From assembly GCA_900315095.1 (NCBI GenBank), contig OMXS01000018.1, positions 21,801-85,800 of the forward strand: a DNA stretch of 64,000 nucleotides, given 5' to 3'. This document shows positions 46,715-55,675 of the stretch, one piece after another. The position numbers were made by a program, and so were the translations under genes. The DNA is from an uncultured Prevotellaceae bacterium. Its GTDB lineage: Bacteria; Bacteroidota; Bacteroidia; Bacteroidales; Bacteroidaceae. Positions within the stretch are counted from its first letter, which is position 1, and every line of letters begins with the position of its first letter. The notes beneath the pieces were generated by a model that worked only from the letters and a program-made list of their open reading frames with translations, made no database searches and was not told the DNA's origin.

Positions 46715-48211
46715 TTATCGTATGTTCTTCTCAAGCTGCGCCTTCCAATTGTTGTATGCAGCCAAGTAGGCATATCGGTTGGCCAGGTCAGGTTCTATGA
46801 CAGCGAGCTTCTTCAACGTATGGAACGCCTCCTCGTTGTCCTTATATATACCGCAACCCATACCAGCACCCTTGGCAGCACCTACAGAACCGTCTGTCTC
46901 ATAGAGTTCGATGGTTGCGCCACTAACGCCTGCAAGGGTATTCCTGAATATCTCGCTGAGGAACATGTTAGCCTTTCCTGCATGAATCTTCTTGATATCC
47001 ATACCCATCTGGCTCATCACTTCCATTCCATAGCAGAAGCTGAAAACAATACCCTCCTGAGCAGCACGCATGATGTGAGCCTTAGAGTGCTTGTTGAAGT
47101 TGATGCCGCTGATAGAGCATCCTATCTCCTTGTTCTCCAGCACACGCTCTGCGCCATTGCCGAAAGGAATAATGGTAACGCCCTCACTACCGATTGGAAT
47201 ATTAGCCATCATATCATTCATCTCGCTATAACTGATTCCCTCAGGTGCAACATTACGACGAACCCAGGCATTCAGTATACCTGTACCGTTAATGCACAAA
47301 AGAACGCCGAGGCGGTCGAGGTCTGTAGTATAGTTGACATGAGCAAATGTGTTCACGCGACTCTTCTTGTCGTAGTTTGCTTCACCCAGCACACCATATA
47401 CAACACCAGAAGTTCCTGCGGTAGAGGCAATCTCGCCCGGGTTGAATACATTAAGTGAGAGGGCATTGTTTGGTTGGTCACCACCACGATAAGAAATAGG
47501 TGTGCCTTCCTTAAGACCTAACTCGTCGGCTGCTTCCTTGGAAACAACGCTTTGTACAGCGAATGTCGGCACGATATCAGCAATCATATCCTCGGAGAAT
47601 CCGAAATAGTCGAAGAGGAACTTAGCGGGTTTCTTTTCCTTGAAGTCCCACATCATACCTTCCGAAAGACCGCTTATTGTGGTGTTCACGGTTCCGCTAA
47701 GACGCATAGCAAGATAGTCACCAGGGAGCATTACCTTATAAATCTGGTCAAATATCTCAGGCTCATTCTCCTTTACCCAAGCCAATTTAGCGGCTGTAAA
47801 GTTACCTGGAGAGTTAAGAAGGTGTGTCAAACATTGCTTTTCTCCAAGTTCGTTAAACGCTTTTTCACCATAAGGAACAGCACGAGAGTCACACCAAATG
47901 ATACTCGGGCGAAGCGCCTTGAGGTTCTTGTCTACACAAACAAGGCCGTGCATCTGATAACTGATACCGATAGCCTTGATATCCTCACCTTTAGCACCAG
48001 TATCTGCCATAATCTTTTGCAGCGACTGCTTAGCATAATTCCACCATGATTGAGGGTCTTGCTCGGCCCAACCTGCCTTAACAGCAAGTATTGGCGCTTC
48101 CTTCTCTGGAAAGAACGCCGATGCAGCCATCACACCAGTATCGGCATCAACAAGCGATGCCTTTACTGAAGAACTGCCTACATCGAATCCTAATAAATAT
48201 CTGTTAGCCAT
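46715..48211 (-). CDS. xylB: Xylulokinase
   Basis: LGFDVGSSSVKA, EQDP..WW, YQMHGLV, IIWCDSRA, GDQPNNA, AGTSG; adjacent to xylA. Confidence 0.93.
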   Translation of the reverse strand: MANRYLLGFDVGSSSVKASLVDADTGVMAASAFFPEKEAPILAVKAGWAEQDPQSWWNYAKQSLQKIMADTGAKGEDIKAIGISYQMHGLVCVDKNLKALRPSIIWCDSRAVPYGEKAFNELGEKQCLTHLLNSPGNFTAAKLAWVKENEPEIFDQIYKVMLPGDYLAMRLSGTVNTTISGLSEGMMWDFKEKKPAKFLFDYFGFSEDMIADIVPTFAVQSVVSKEAADELGLKEGTPISYRGGDQPNNALSLNVFNPGEIASTAGTSGVVYGVLGEANYDKKSRVNTFAHVNYTTDLDRLGVLLCINGTGILNAWVRRNVAPEGISYSEMNDMMANIPIGSEGVTIIPFGNGAERVLENKEIGCSISGINFNKHSKAHIMRAAQEGIVFSFCYGMEVMSQMGMDIKKIHAGKANMFLSEIFRNTLAGVSGATIELYETDGSVGAAKGAGMGCGIYKDNEEAFHTLKKLAVIEPDLANRYAYLAAYNNWKAQLEKNIR

Positions 48212-48300
48212 AATTGTTATATTGTTTAACTTTTAATTATAATACGATTGAAAACAGAATTCCCCCTATTTTTTTGAATTATTTTTATCATTTTTTATTG

Positions 48301-49890
48301 TCAACTCACTTCAAGCAACATTGGAACGCTTGTTTCTTGCTCGAAAAGTGCTGTAAAACAAGTGCTTAACTCCTCATGACTGCTTGCTGAAAGATATTTC
48401 ACTCCGTATGATTTACATAACCCTTCAGCCGTCGTGTTGTGTGATGCGGCAACACATTCATCCCTCGAAGGACTGTTTTCAAGTCCCTTCAGCTTGCTGA
48501 AAATACCGCCGCAGCCGTTATTAAGAAGTATTATTCTGAGATTCCCATCTATGTTCTTGTTCCACAAGGCATTCGCATCATAGAAAAAAGAAAGGTCGCC
48601 TATCACGATGAATGTCTTCTCCTTGACAGCAACAGAATAGCCGGCAGCAGTAGAAAGAGAGCCTTCTATGCCGTTCACTCCCCTATTTACATATATATAA
48701 TGCGAAGAATATAGACAACCGTAGCGAACTGATGAACTGTTGGCATAATGAACATGACACTTCAAAGCACGTCTCTCTATCTCTTGCTCAAACAACCTTA
48801 CGGTTTCTTTTAATATGTTTTTCGATGAAATGGGCAAAATCTGACTTCTGCATCGCTCAATTTCCCCATTCCATCGGGTTATGAATTGCTGGTCAACATT
48901 GTTGTACTTGCGTTCTATAATGACATTAAGGATATCCTTTGCTGGGCAAACAACCAACATGTTCATGTGCATCGTCACATCATGCACACCTCCGTCTTCA
49001 CTCGCCATGTAAACATTTGAACATGAGAGAGTTCGCAGATATAGTTTAAGTAACTTACTAACAACGGTATCGCCAATATAGAGTATAAAGTCAGGAGAGA
49101 ATGAGTCGTCGCCTATAACATCATCGTACATCTTGTCAAACCATGTTGCGCCTCCATCAATAGATAATGGTTCATACAATACCACGAAACTTTTCTTCAC
49201 TTCATTTATAATCTCTGACAAATGCTCATCATGCTTCAACTGCCCTATTACGATAATTGGGCGACGGGCATCAAACAGAGGTTTTATGTCGATTTCATCG
49301 ATATGACATGTCGGAACGGACATTTCTATCTTGCGTTCTGCAGGAAGTGAAAGCGTGGTGAAATCAAACAACGGCTCGCTTATCGGCACATTGATATGCA
49401 CGGGCACGCCACCTTTCTTATGTAAAGACAAGAGTGCCTCGTTAACAAGTCTGTTACAATACCATCGACTCTCATCGTCCGTTACCTCAGGAAGGCACAC
49501 ACTCTTGCCTACAAACACGCCAAAAGCGTTGTTTTGAGGCATAGTTTGACCATCAAGTTGCTCTATCCATGCTTGTGGACGGTCAGCACTAATCACGACA
49601 AGCGGTCTATGCTGATAAGACGCCTCTGCAACCGCAGGCGACACATTGAGAAGTGCTGTGCCTGATGTCACGCATACTGCCACAGGCATGTCGGTCGCCT
49701 GAGAAATGCCTAACGCAAAGAAACCTGCCGAACGCTCATCGGTCACAGGATAACATTGCAGTTCCGGACACATGTAGAAGTTGTGAACCAGCGGAGCATT
49801 TCTGCTTCCTGGGCACACAACCACATGTTTCACCCCGTGTGCAACGAGCAATGCGGTCAGTATGTTTACGTTTTCTTTGCTGCTATACAT
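48301..49890 (-). CDS. menD: SEPHCHC synthase
   Basis: VCPGSRNAPL, DERSAGFFALG, TSGTA, SADRP, NRGVNGIEG..STA.G, GDLSFFYD.NAL, NNG.GGIF. Confidence 0.93.
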   Translation of the reverse strand: MYSSKENVNILTALLVAHGVKHVVVCPGSRNAPLVHNFYMCPELQCYPVTDERSAGFFALGISQATDMPVAVCVTSGTALLNVSPAVAEASYQHRPLVVISADRPQAWIEQLDGQTMPQNNAFGVFVGKSVCLPEVTDDESRWYCNRLVNEALLSLHKKGGVPVHINVPISEPLFDFTTLSLPAERKIEMSVPTCHIDEIDIKPLFDARRPIIVIGQLKHDEHLSEIINEVKKSFVVLYEPLSIDGGATWFDKMYDDVIGDDSFSPDFILYIGDTVVSKLLKLYLRTLSCSNVYMASEDGGVHDVTMHMNMLVVCPAKDILNVIIERKYNNVDQQFITRWNGEIERCRSQILPISSKNILKETVRLFEQEIERRALKCHVHYANSSSVRYGCLYSSHYIYVNRGVNGIEGSLSTAAGYSVAVKEKTFIVIGDLSFFYDANALWNKNIDGNLRIILLNNGCGGIFSKLKGLENSPSRDECVAASHNTTAEGLCKSYGVKYLSASSHEELSTCFTALFEQETSVPMLLEVS

Positions 49891-51001
49891 TTCCTTCTGT
49901 AATGATTCTTCTTATTGTTTCGAGCTTTGCCTCTGTCTCCTCCCATTCCTGTTGTTCAATACTGTCTGGGAGCAAGCCGCCACCTGCATAAAGCAGGAAT
50001 TTGCCCTTAACCATCTGCAGGCATCTTAGCGACACGAACAAATGTGTTCCCGATTCACTCAAAAGAGGTCCGCTGAAGCCGCTATAATAACTTCTTGGTG
50101 CAAATTCGTTATGAATTATGAACTCTTTAGTGTCGTTCTTAGGCAATCCGCATACTGCAGGAGTGGGATGAAGAGTAGCGATTAAATCGCCCAAAATTGC
50201 ATTTTTGTCAAGAGAAAAGACAAAATCGCTCCGCAAATGGATAAGGTTTCCCGCTCTTGTTGTCTTTGGTCCTAACTCCTGGATATTCTCCGAGAAATGC
50301 TCAAGGCATTCCATTATATATGTTGCAACTATGCGTTGCTCTTGTATGTTTTTCTCACTCCACAGTATATCGGCAGAACGCAAGGTGCTGTTTTCCATCG
50401 ATGGCGTGTCGAAAGACATCATCTTGCCGTCGAGTTTCATAGTTCCTGCAAGTGCTATTGTCCTCCATGAGTCTCCGTCACTTTCGAGAAGTGTCTCAGG
50501 AGTTGCTATCAGCCATGTGCCGGAGAATGGTGTTGAGAAAAGCGAGATATACATTCTGGGGTAATCCTCACATGCCTTGCAGAACATGCTGAACGCGTTG
50601 TCCGTCTCACTAACCACCTCTGCCTGTCTGGCAAGCACTATTTTCTTGAACAACCCTTGTGAGAGTTGCGAGTGAAAGTTCCTGAAATCTATGCCGTATC
50701 TTGTGCGCTCACCTGTATCGGAATTGTTGTTTATATAGTCAACTCTATTCCTTTCAGCACATTCATTAATCTCTTCAACCGTCTTCTGGTTAACTTCTGA
50801 AAATGAATGACATACAAACGACTCATTAGGATGCAATAGAAGCAACGGCGTTTTGTCTGAGATGTAAAAGGGAGCGATGACAAAACCGCTTTTCTCATTC
50901 AGTTCGTTATATGACAAGACACGCTCCACCTCGCCCTTTGTTTGCATCAGAAGGGTGAACTTTTCTTCTCTTGGGAGTCTGTATAGTGCAAAACTTGTCA
51001 T
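49883..51001 (-). CDS. menF: Isochorismate synthase
   Basis: KIVLAR, ATPETLL, ALAGT, KNIQEQ..V, HL.S, LHPTPAVCG.P, R.YYSG, YAGGGLL..S....EW.ET..K. Confidence 0.9.
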   Translation of the reverse strand: MTSFALYRLPREEKFTLLMQTKGEVERVLSYNELNEKSGFVIAPFYISDKTPLLLLHPNESFVCHSFSEVNQKTVEEINECAERNRVDYINNNSDTGERTRYGIDFRNFHSQLSQGLFKKIVLARQAEVVSETDNAFSMFCKACEDYPRMYISLFSTPFSGTWLIATPETLLESDGDSWRTIALAGTMKLDGKMMSFDTPSMENSTLRSADILWSEKNIQEQRIVATYIMECLEHFSENIQELGPKTTRAGNLIHLRSDFVFSLDKNAILGDLIATLHPTPAVCGLPKNDTKEFIIHNEFAPRSYYSGFSGPLLSESGTHLFVSLRCLQMVKGKFLLYAGGGLLPDSIEQQEWEETEAKLETIRRIITEGNV

Positions 51002-51423
51002 TCTGCTGATTTCTTCTTGGGTGATATAATATAGTTAGTTACATGAACAGTTGAAATGAGGTCACCCTCAGAGTCGGTAATCTTAACATCCCAAACGTGC
51101 AGTTTTCGGCCTTTGCTAACGATTTGCGCCAATGCCGTAACAGTCTCTCCTTCTGACACGGCCTTAACATGCTCGCCGCTGACACTTATTCCTACGCATA
51201 TCTTGCCAGGACAGAGAGCCGACGAACCCACGCCTGCGAGATTCTCAGCAAGTGCGAGAGAGGCACCTCCGCTTAAGAACCCGAATGGCTGGCGGTTTCT
51301 TTCGTTCACCTCCATTGTGGCCATGCACATGTCATCATCAGGCGTGCTGATGAATTTCATACCCAAAGCAGTAGACAAATTAGGTTGTTTTTCAATTATC
51401 TCTTTTATCGCTTCAACATTCAT
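50998..51423 (-). CDS. menI: Hotdog-fold thioesterase (1,4-dihydroxy-2-naphthoyl-CoA hydrolase)
   Basis: RQPFG.L.GGASLALAE..., H.W.V.I; first gene of the men cluster. Confidence 0.8.
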   Translation of the reverse strand: MNVEAIKEIIEKQPNLSTALGMKFISTPDDDMCMATMEVNERNRQPFGFLSGGASLALAENLAGVGSSALCPGKICVGISVSGEHVKAVSEGETVTALAQIVSKGRKLHVWDVKITDSEGDLISTVHVTNYIISPKKKSAE

Positions 51424-51485
51424 TTTCTATATGATTACATCTATTGTCGTCATCTATATATGTGCGTTTCATGATTTCTTGCTGT

Positions 51486-51616
51486 CTCAGGTGTGTCTCC
51501 TGAGCTCCTCACTTGTGCCTCCTAAGCACCTCACTTGTATACATCTGAGCACCTCACTTGTATACATCTGAGCACCTCACTTGTATACATCTGACATCCT
51601 CACTTGTGCCTCCTGG
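51486..51616. repeat. 22/23-bp repeat array, locus 3 (opposite orientation; three perfect 23-mers)
   Basis: GCACCTCACTTGTATACATCTGA x3 at 51526-51594, flanked by 22-mer variants. Confidence 0.9.
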
Positions 51617-51648
51617 CAATCTCATTGATGTCTTTTGCAGAGTCAAAG

Positions 51649-52353
51649 TTATGGTTTCGCTTTAGAATAGTATTCTTCTACGAAATCCATAAACATCATC
51701 GGATTGCGCGGCACTTCGTTCCAAAGCTTTGAACCACCCTTCAGTATGCGCTTGTCAAGATACTCTATGAGGTCTTTACGCTCAGTTTTCTTATAGGTGA
51801 TGCGCAGCGCATTCAGCGAAATCACATTGCCTGTGAGGAACGGAACGATTATGTTCTCACCCTCAAAGCATACTCCGTAAATGGTGGACATCGTAACCGC
51901 GCCCAGTTGCATCTGCTGACTGTCAATGGCATTCCACCAATATATCACTCCGCGAGATGTGCTGTCCTCGATGTGAACGAACTGTTTTTTAGAGCGGTGT
52001 GGCTTGAATGTGGATGGATTTGCCACCTCTGCCGATATTACATGCTCGTAGTTGCGGTCGGAAATCTTAACGATGAAATCGATACTTTTCACTTCATCGG
52101 CGCTGTATCGCTTGGGATTGTTGCCGTCGATGCCGCTTGCAAGCCAGAAAACACGGTTCATCGAACTGAACGTAGATGGTTCCGACCAGTACTTGGTGAC
52201 ATAGCCCTCTATCTGAGTGCCGTCATTAAGCGTCACAAGCACATGATCTTGCTCGGAGAGTCCTTTTCCCCAAGCCACGCAATTGACCATCAATGCCAAT
52301 ACGAGAATTAATGTCTTTATTACCTTGTTTTCCACGTTGCAAAAGTAGCACAT
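51649..52353 (-). CDS. Exported hypothetical protein (true start uncertain, likely slightly downstream)
   Basis: Signal-peptide-like N-terminus. The annotated start overlaps a TACTTTTG promoter box. Confidence 0.7.
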   Translation of the reverse strand: MCYFCNVENKVIKTLILVLALMVNCVAWGKGLSEQDHVLVTLNDGTQIEGYVTKYWSEPSTFSSMNRVFWLASGIDGNNPKRYSADEVKSIDFIVKISDRNYEHVISAEVANPSTFKPHRSKKQFVHIEDSTSRGVIYWWNAIDSQQMQLGAVTMSTIYGVCFEGENIIVPFLTGNVISLNALRITYKKTERKDLIEYLDKRILKGGSKLWNEVPRNPMMFMDFVEEYYSKAKP

Positions 52354-52377
52354 TATTTTCTAACCGCAAAATATTTG

Positions 52378-53715
52378 CTAATCATTTTGTGCCAATGTTA
52401 TCATGAGAACCTCTGTTGTGGCGGCATCAACCCTGAAACGATTGTCCGTGCGCTCCCCCACCAGCCATATTATTCTGCCATCAGCATCTTCTACTACCAT
52501 CTGACTTCTTTTCTCATTCAGCGAGCAATGTCTGTCTGTAAGATAATCACTTACGAGTTTCGAGCCCTTCATACCGAAGGGAACAAACCTGTCGCCGTTT
52601 CTTGCATTCCTGAAAATCAGCGGAAACCGGATGTCCCGCGCGTCGAGAGTGGCTGTATTCTTGCCTTTTGAGATTGTAAAAGTGCTGTCTTTCGTCTTCA
52701 ACTCCACCTTCAAAGCCTCTCCTTTGTCGTCCAAAACATACTTGCCTGTCTCTGGAATCTTAAGTGAAGTGGCGTTATTTGACCTCTCGGTCACAATAAT
52801 CTTGCCTCTATTGAACAACAACTGATGGCTCTCGGAGAGATAAATAGTTCCTGTAGGTGCCTCGAGGTTCGAGTCAATAGCTTCAATTTGGTCGGGATTG
52901 AAACCGTAGTTCTTTAATATATTAAATAAGGTGTATTCTGTAGACACCTCCTTTTTCAGTTTTTCGATGTCTATGACAAAACCATCTGCGGTGGAATCGC
53001 TCACTCTCATAGATGCCTCTTCGATGGAATGGCTGAAAACCTTGTTCGCCTCGCTCAACCTTATTGCTGTCTTAACAATATTCTGTACGGCGGCAGGATT
53101 TATCTTTTCCATCATCGGAATTATGTTCAGACGAATCTTGTTCCTCACATAAAGGTCGTCAAGATTTGTGCTGTCGGTAATGAAGTCTTGTCCCTCGCGT
53201 GCGAGAAAACTCTCGATTTCATCGCGACTAACGCATAAAAGAGGTCTCACGATATTGTCTCTCTTCGGCTGAATGCCCGCAAGTCCCTGAATGCCTGTGC
53301 CTCTAACGAGATTTAGAATAACCGTTTCGGCGCAGTCATTTTGATGGTGCGCCACACAAACGGCATCTGCCCCGATGTCTCTTCTAAGGTTATCAAAATA
53401 AGAATAGCGCAGTTCGCGTGCCGCCATCTCTATGCTTATCTTGTGAGAAATGGCGTAGAAATTAGTGTCAAAATGCACGAGATGAATCTTAATGTCGTTC
53501 TTCTTGCACAGTTCAACGCAAAATTGCTCATCCCTATCGGCTTCTTCGCCCCTTAACTTGAAGTTGCAATGGGCAGCCTCTACGTCATAACCCAGACGTT
53601 GCAACACCAGCAGAAGGCACACGCTATCTGCCCCGCCAGAAAGAGCAACGATATATTTCTTGTCTTTGCTGAGCAGTTTGTGTTGTTCGATGAAATGGGC
53701 AATTTTCTTCAACAT
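52378..53715 (-). CDS. tilS: tRNA(Ile)-lysidine synthetase
   Basis: VALSGGADS, AHCNF.LRG.E, ELRY, AHHQND.AET...NL.RGTG, RPLL, DSTN, RN.IR. Confidence 0.95.
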   Translation of the reverse strand: MLKKIAHFIEQHKLLSKDKKYIVALSGGADSVCLLLVLQRLGYDVEAAHCNFKLRGEEADRDEQFCVELCKKNDIKIHLVHFDTNFYAISHKISIEMAARELRYSYFDNLRRDIGADAVCVAHHQNDCAETVILNLVRGTGIQGLAGIQPKRDNIVRPLLCVSRDEIESFLAREGQDFITDSTNLDDLYVRNKIRLNIIPMMEKINPAAVQNIVKTAIRLSEANKVFSHSIEEASMRVSDSTADGFVIDIEKLKKEVSTEYTLFNILKNYGFNPDQIEAIDSNLEAPTGTIYLSESHQLLFNRGKIIVTERSNNATSLKIPETGKYVLDDKGEALKVELKTKDSTFTISKGKNTATLDARDIRFPLIFRNARNGDRFVPFGMKGSKLVSDYLTDRHCSLNEKRSQMVVEDADGRIIWLVGERTDNRFRVDAATTEVLMITLAQND

Positions 53716-53719
53716 GTCG

Positions 53720-54901
53720 TTATTCGATGTATAGAACGAGACCTTTAAGATACTCACCTTCAGGGTGATAGATGTTTATCGGATGGTCGGCAGGCTGATG
53801 GAGTTGATGTAATATCCTTACCTTCCTGCCCGCTAAGGCTGCGGCAGTAAAGACGGCATTGCGGAAATTGTCTTTTGATACAACCTGACTGCAACTGAAC
53901 GTGAACAAGATACCGCCCGGACGGATACGCATCATCGCCTTGTGGTTGAGTCGGGTGTAACCTTTCAAGGCATTATGAAGCGCTCCGCGATGTTTCGCAA
54001 ATGCAGGAGGGTCAAGTATAATGAGGTCGTATACGTTATCAGCATTATCCAGAAACTTGAATGCATCTTCACAATATGCCTGATGACGTTTATCACCTGG
54101 GAAGTTCAACTCTACGTTTGCGTTAGTCAACTCTATTGCTTTTGCGCTACTGTCAACGGAATGTACCACCTTCGCTCCGCCTCTCATAGCATAAAAAGAG
54201 AAACCACCTGTATAGCAGAACATGTTGAGTACAGTCTTGCCTTTTGAATACTGTTCGAGCAAGGAACGGTTTTCTCGTTGGTCAACAAAGAATCCGGTCT
54301 TCTGCCCTCTTAGCCAGTCAACATGAAAACGAAGTCCGTTTTCAACGGCAGTATTGTCTTCGCTGCCTCCAACAATAAAGCCGTTTTCCTGTCCGAGTTC
54401 TGCCTTGAACGGCAAAGTTGTCTCGCTTTTATAGAACACATGCTTAATCCTGTCGGCCATAACGTCAACAAGAGCCTTTGCAACAACATCTCTGCAAACG
54501 TGCATGCCAACGCTATGAGCTTGCATTACGGCCGTTTCGCCATAGCAGTCGATAACAAGTCCTGGCAGATTATCGCCTTCCCCATGCACCAAGCGATAAG
54601 TGTTGTTGGCAGGATTGTCAGCAACTCCTATGCTCAACCGCATATCCAAGGCAGCCTTCAAGCGCTTGGCGAAGAAATCATAGTTTATCTCTATGTCGTT
54701 GAAAGATAACACTCTGACAGCAATAGAGCCAACCTGATAATGGCCAACAGCGATGAAATCGCCCTTTTCTGTCAGCACTCTAACCACTTCACCCTCCTCA
54801 ATGCCTTCCTCAAGGCGCATAATTGCGCCAGAGAAAACCCATGGGTGGAATCTCTTCAGACTCTCTTCCTTGCCTCGTTTAAGCGTAATTGTCTTGTACA
54901 T
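53720..54901 (-). CDS. RlmI/RlmK-type rRNA m5C methyltransferase (PUA + class I SAM)
   Basis: HPWVFSGAI, GQKTGFFVDQRENR, NMFCYTGGFS, LDPPAF, TFSCS. Confidence 0.9.
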   Translation of the reverse strand: MYKTITLKRGKEESLKRFHPWVFSGAIMRLEEGIEEGEVVRVLTEKGDFIAVGHYQVGSIAVRVLSFNDIEINYDFFAKRLKAALDMRLSIGVADNPANNTYRLVHGEGDNLPGLVIDCYGETAVMQAHSVGMHVCRDVVAKALVDVMADRIKHVFYKSETTLPFKAELGQENGFIVGGSEDNTAVENGLRFHVDWLRGQKTGFFVDQRENRSLLEQYSKGKTVLNMFCYTGGFSFYAMRGGAKVVHSVDSSAKAIELTNANVELNFPGDKRHQAYCEDAFKFLDNADNVYDLIILDPPAFAKHRGALHNALKGYTRLNHKAMMRIRPGGILFTFSCSQVVSKDNFRNAVFTAAALAGRKVRILHQLHQPADHPINIYHPEGEYLKGLVLYIE

Positions 54902-55561
54902 TTATACTTGTTCGTTTTTGTTATTCATGTTTGTTTCTGGTTCAGGAACCTTTATCAAGGTGTAATCTCCTGTGGTCTTGAGCCTTAAGAGTTCCTCATA
55001 AAGCATGATGCAGGCCCACGCATCGGTGGCGGCATAGCGTTTCTGGCGTTCTTGCAGGATGTCACTCTCCCAGTTAGAGAGCCGTTGAGTCTTGCTGATT
55101 CGTTGCCCCATAAGGTTAGCGTAGAGTTTCTGAAGACTCAAGTCCTCCACACCTATCTCGTTCACATGCTTCTGCAGGTCGATGAAATTGCCTGGAGTGA
55201 AATCCTTTCTTGACTTCAGCGAATGGATGTCATCATGCAGAGAAAGGCCTATTTTAGGCACTTTAGTGTCTTCAAGCAACCTTATTATCGCTGGTGTAAG
55301 GTCAGTATAGTTGAGACGGAAGAGGAAACAAGTGTCTTTAGTTGATACTTGCAGCAAAGACACCTTGTTGCTCACACCTTTCTTGAACGCAGGTTTTGTC
55401 TCCGTATCAACGCCTAGAATAGGTTGAGAGAGCAGATAGTCAACGGCTTTTTCTGTTTCTCCTTCAGTCAATATCGTTATGATTCTGCCTTCAAAAATTG
55501 CCCTCGGCAGTTCTGATATATGCTTCTTGTCGAACTTATTATATATCGTTTTTTTCATCAT
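54902..55561 (-). CDS. DEDDy 3'-5' exonuclease (WRN/RNase D-like)
   Basis: GVDTETKP, LLQVS, FIDLQ, ISK..RLSNWE...L...Q..YAATDAW. Confidence 0.9.
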   Translation of the reverse strand: MMKKTIYNKFDKKHISELPRAIFEGRIITILTEGETEKAVDYLLSQPILGVDTETKPAFKKGVSNKVSLLQVSTKDTCFLFRLNYTDLTPAIIRLLEDTKVPKIGLSLHDDIHSLKSRKDFTPGNFIDLQKHVNEIGVEDLSLQKLYANLMGQRISKTQRLSNWESDILQERQKRYAATDAWACIMLYEELLRLKTTGDYTLIKVPEPETNMNNKNEQV

Positions 55562-55675
55562 TTGTGCTTTACAAGATGCAAAATTAGCAAAAAAAAGCGA
55601 TTTTGTGTTCATTTCTAATATTTTTCAATTAATTTTGCAGCAAATAAAGTAAGTTTTGTTACACGACAAGTAATT

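Noticed and set aside
51486-51616. CRISPR array interpretation of the 23-bp repeats (also 25528-25616 and 35279-35434)
   Set aside because: Units are directly abutted with no unique spacers, and no cas genes are present.
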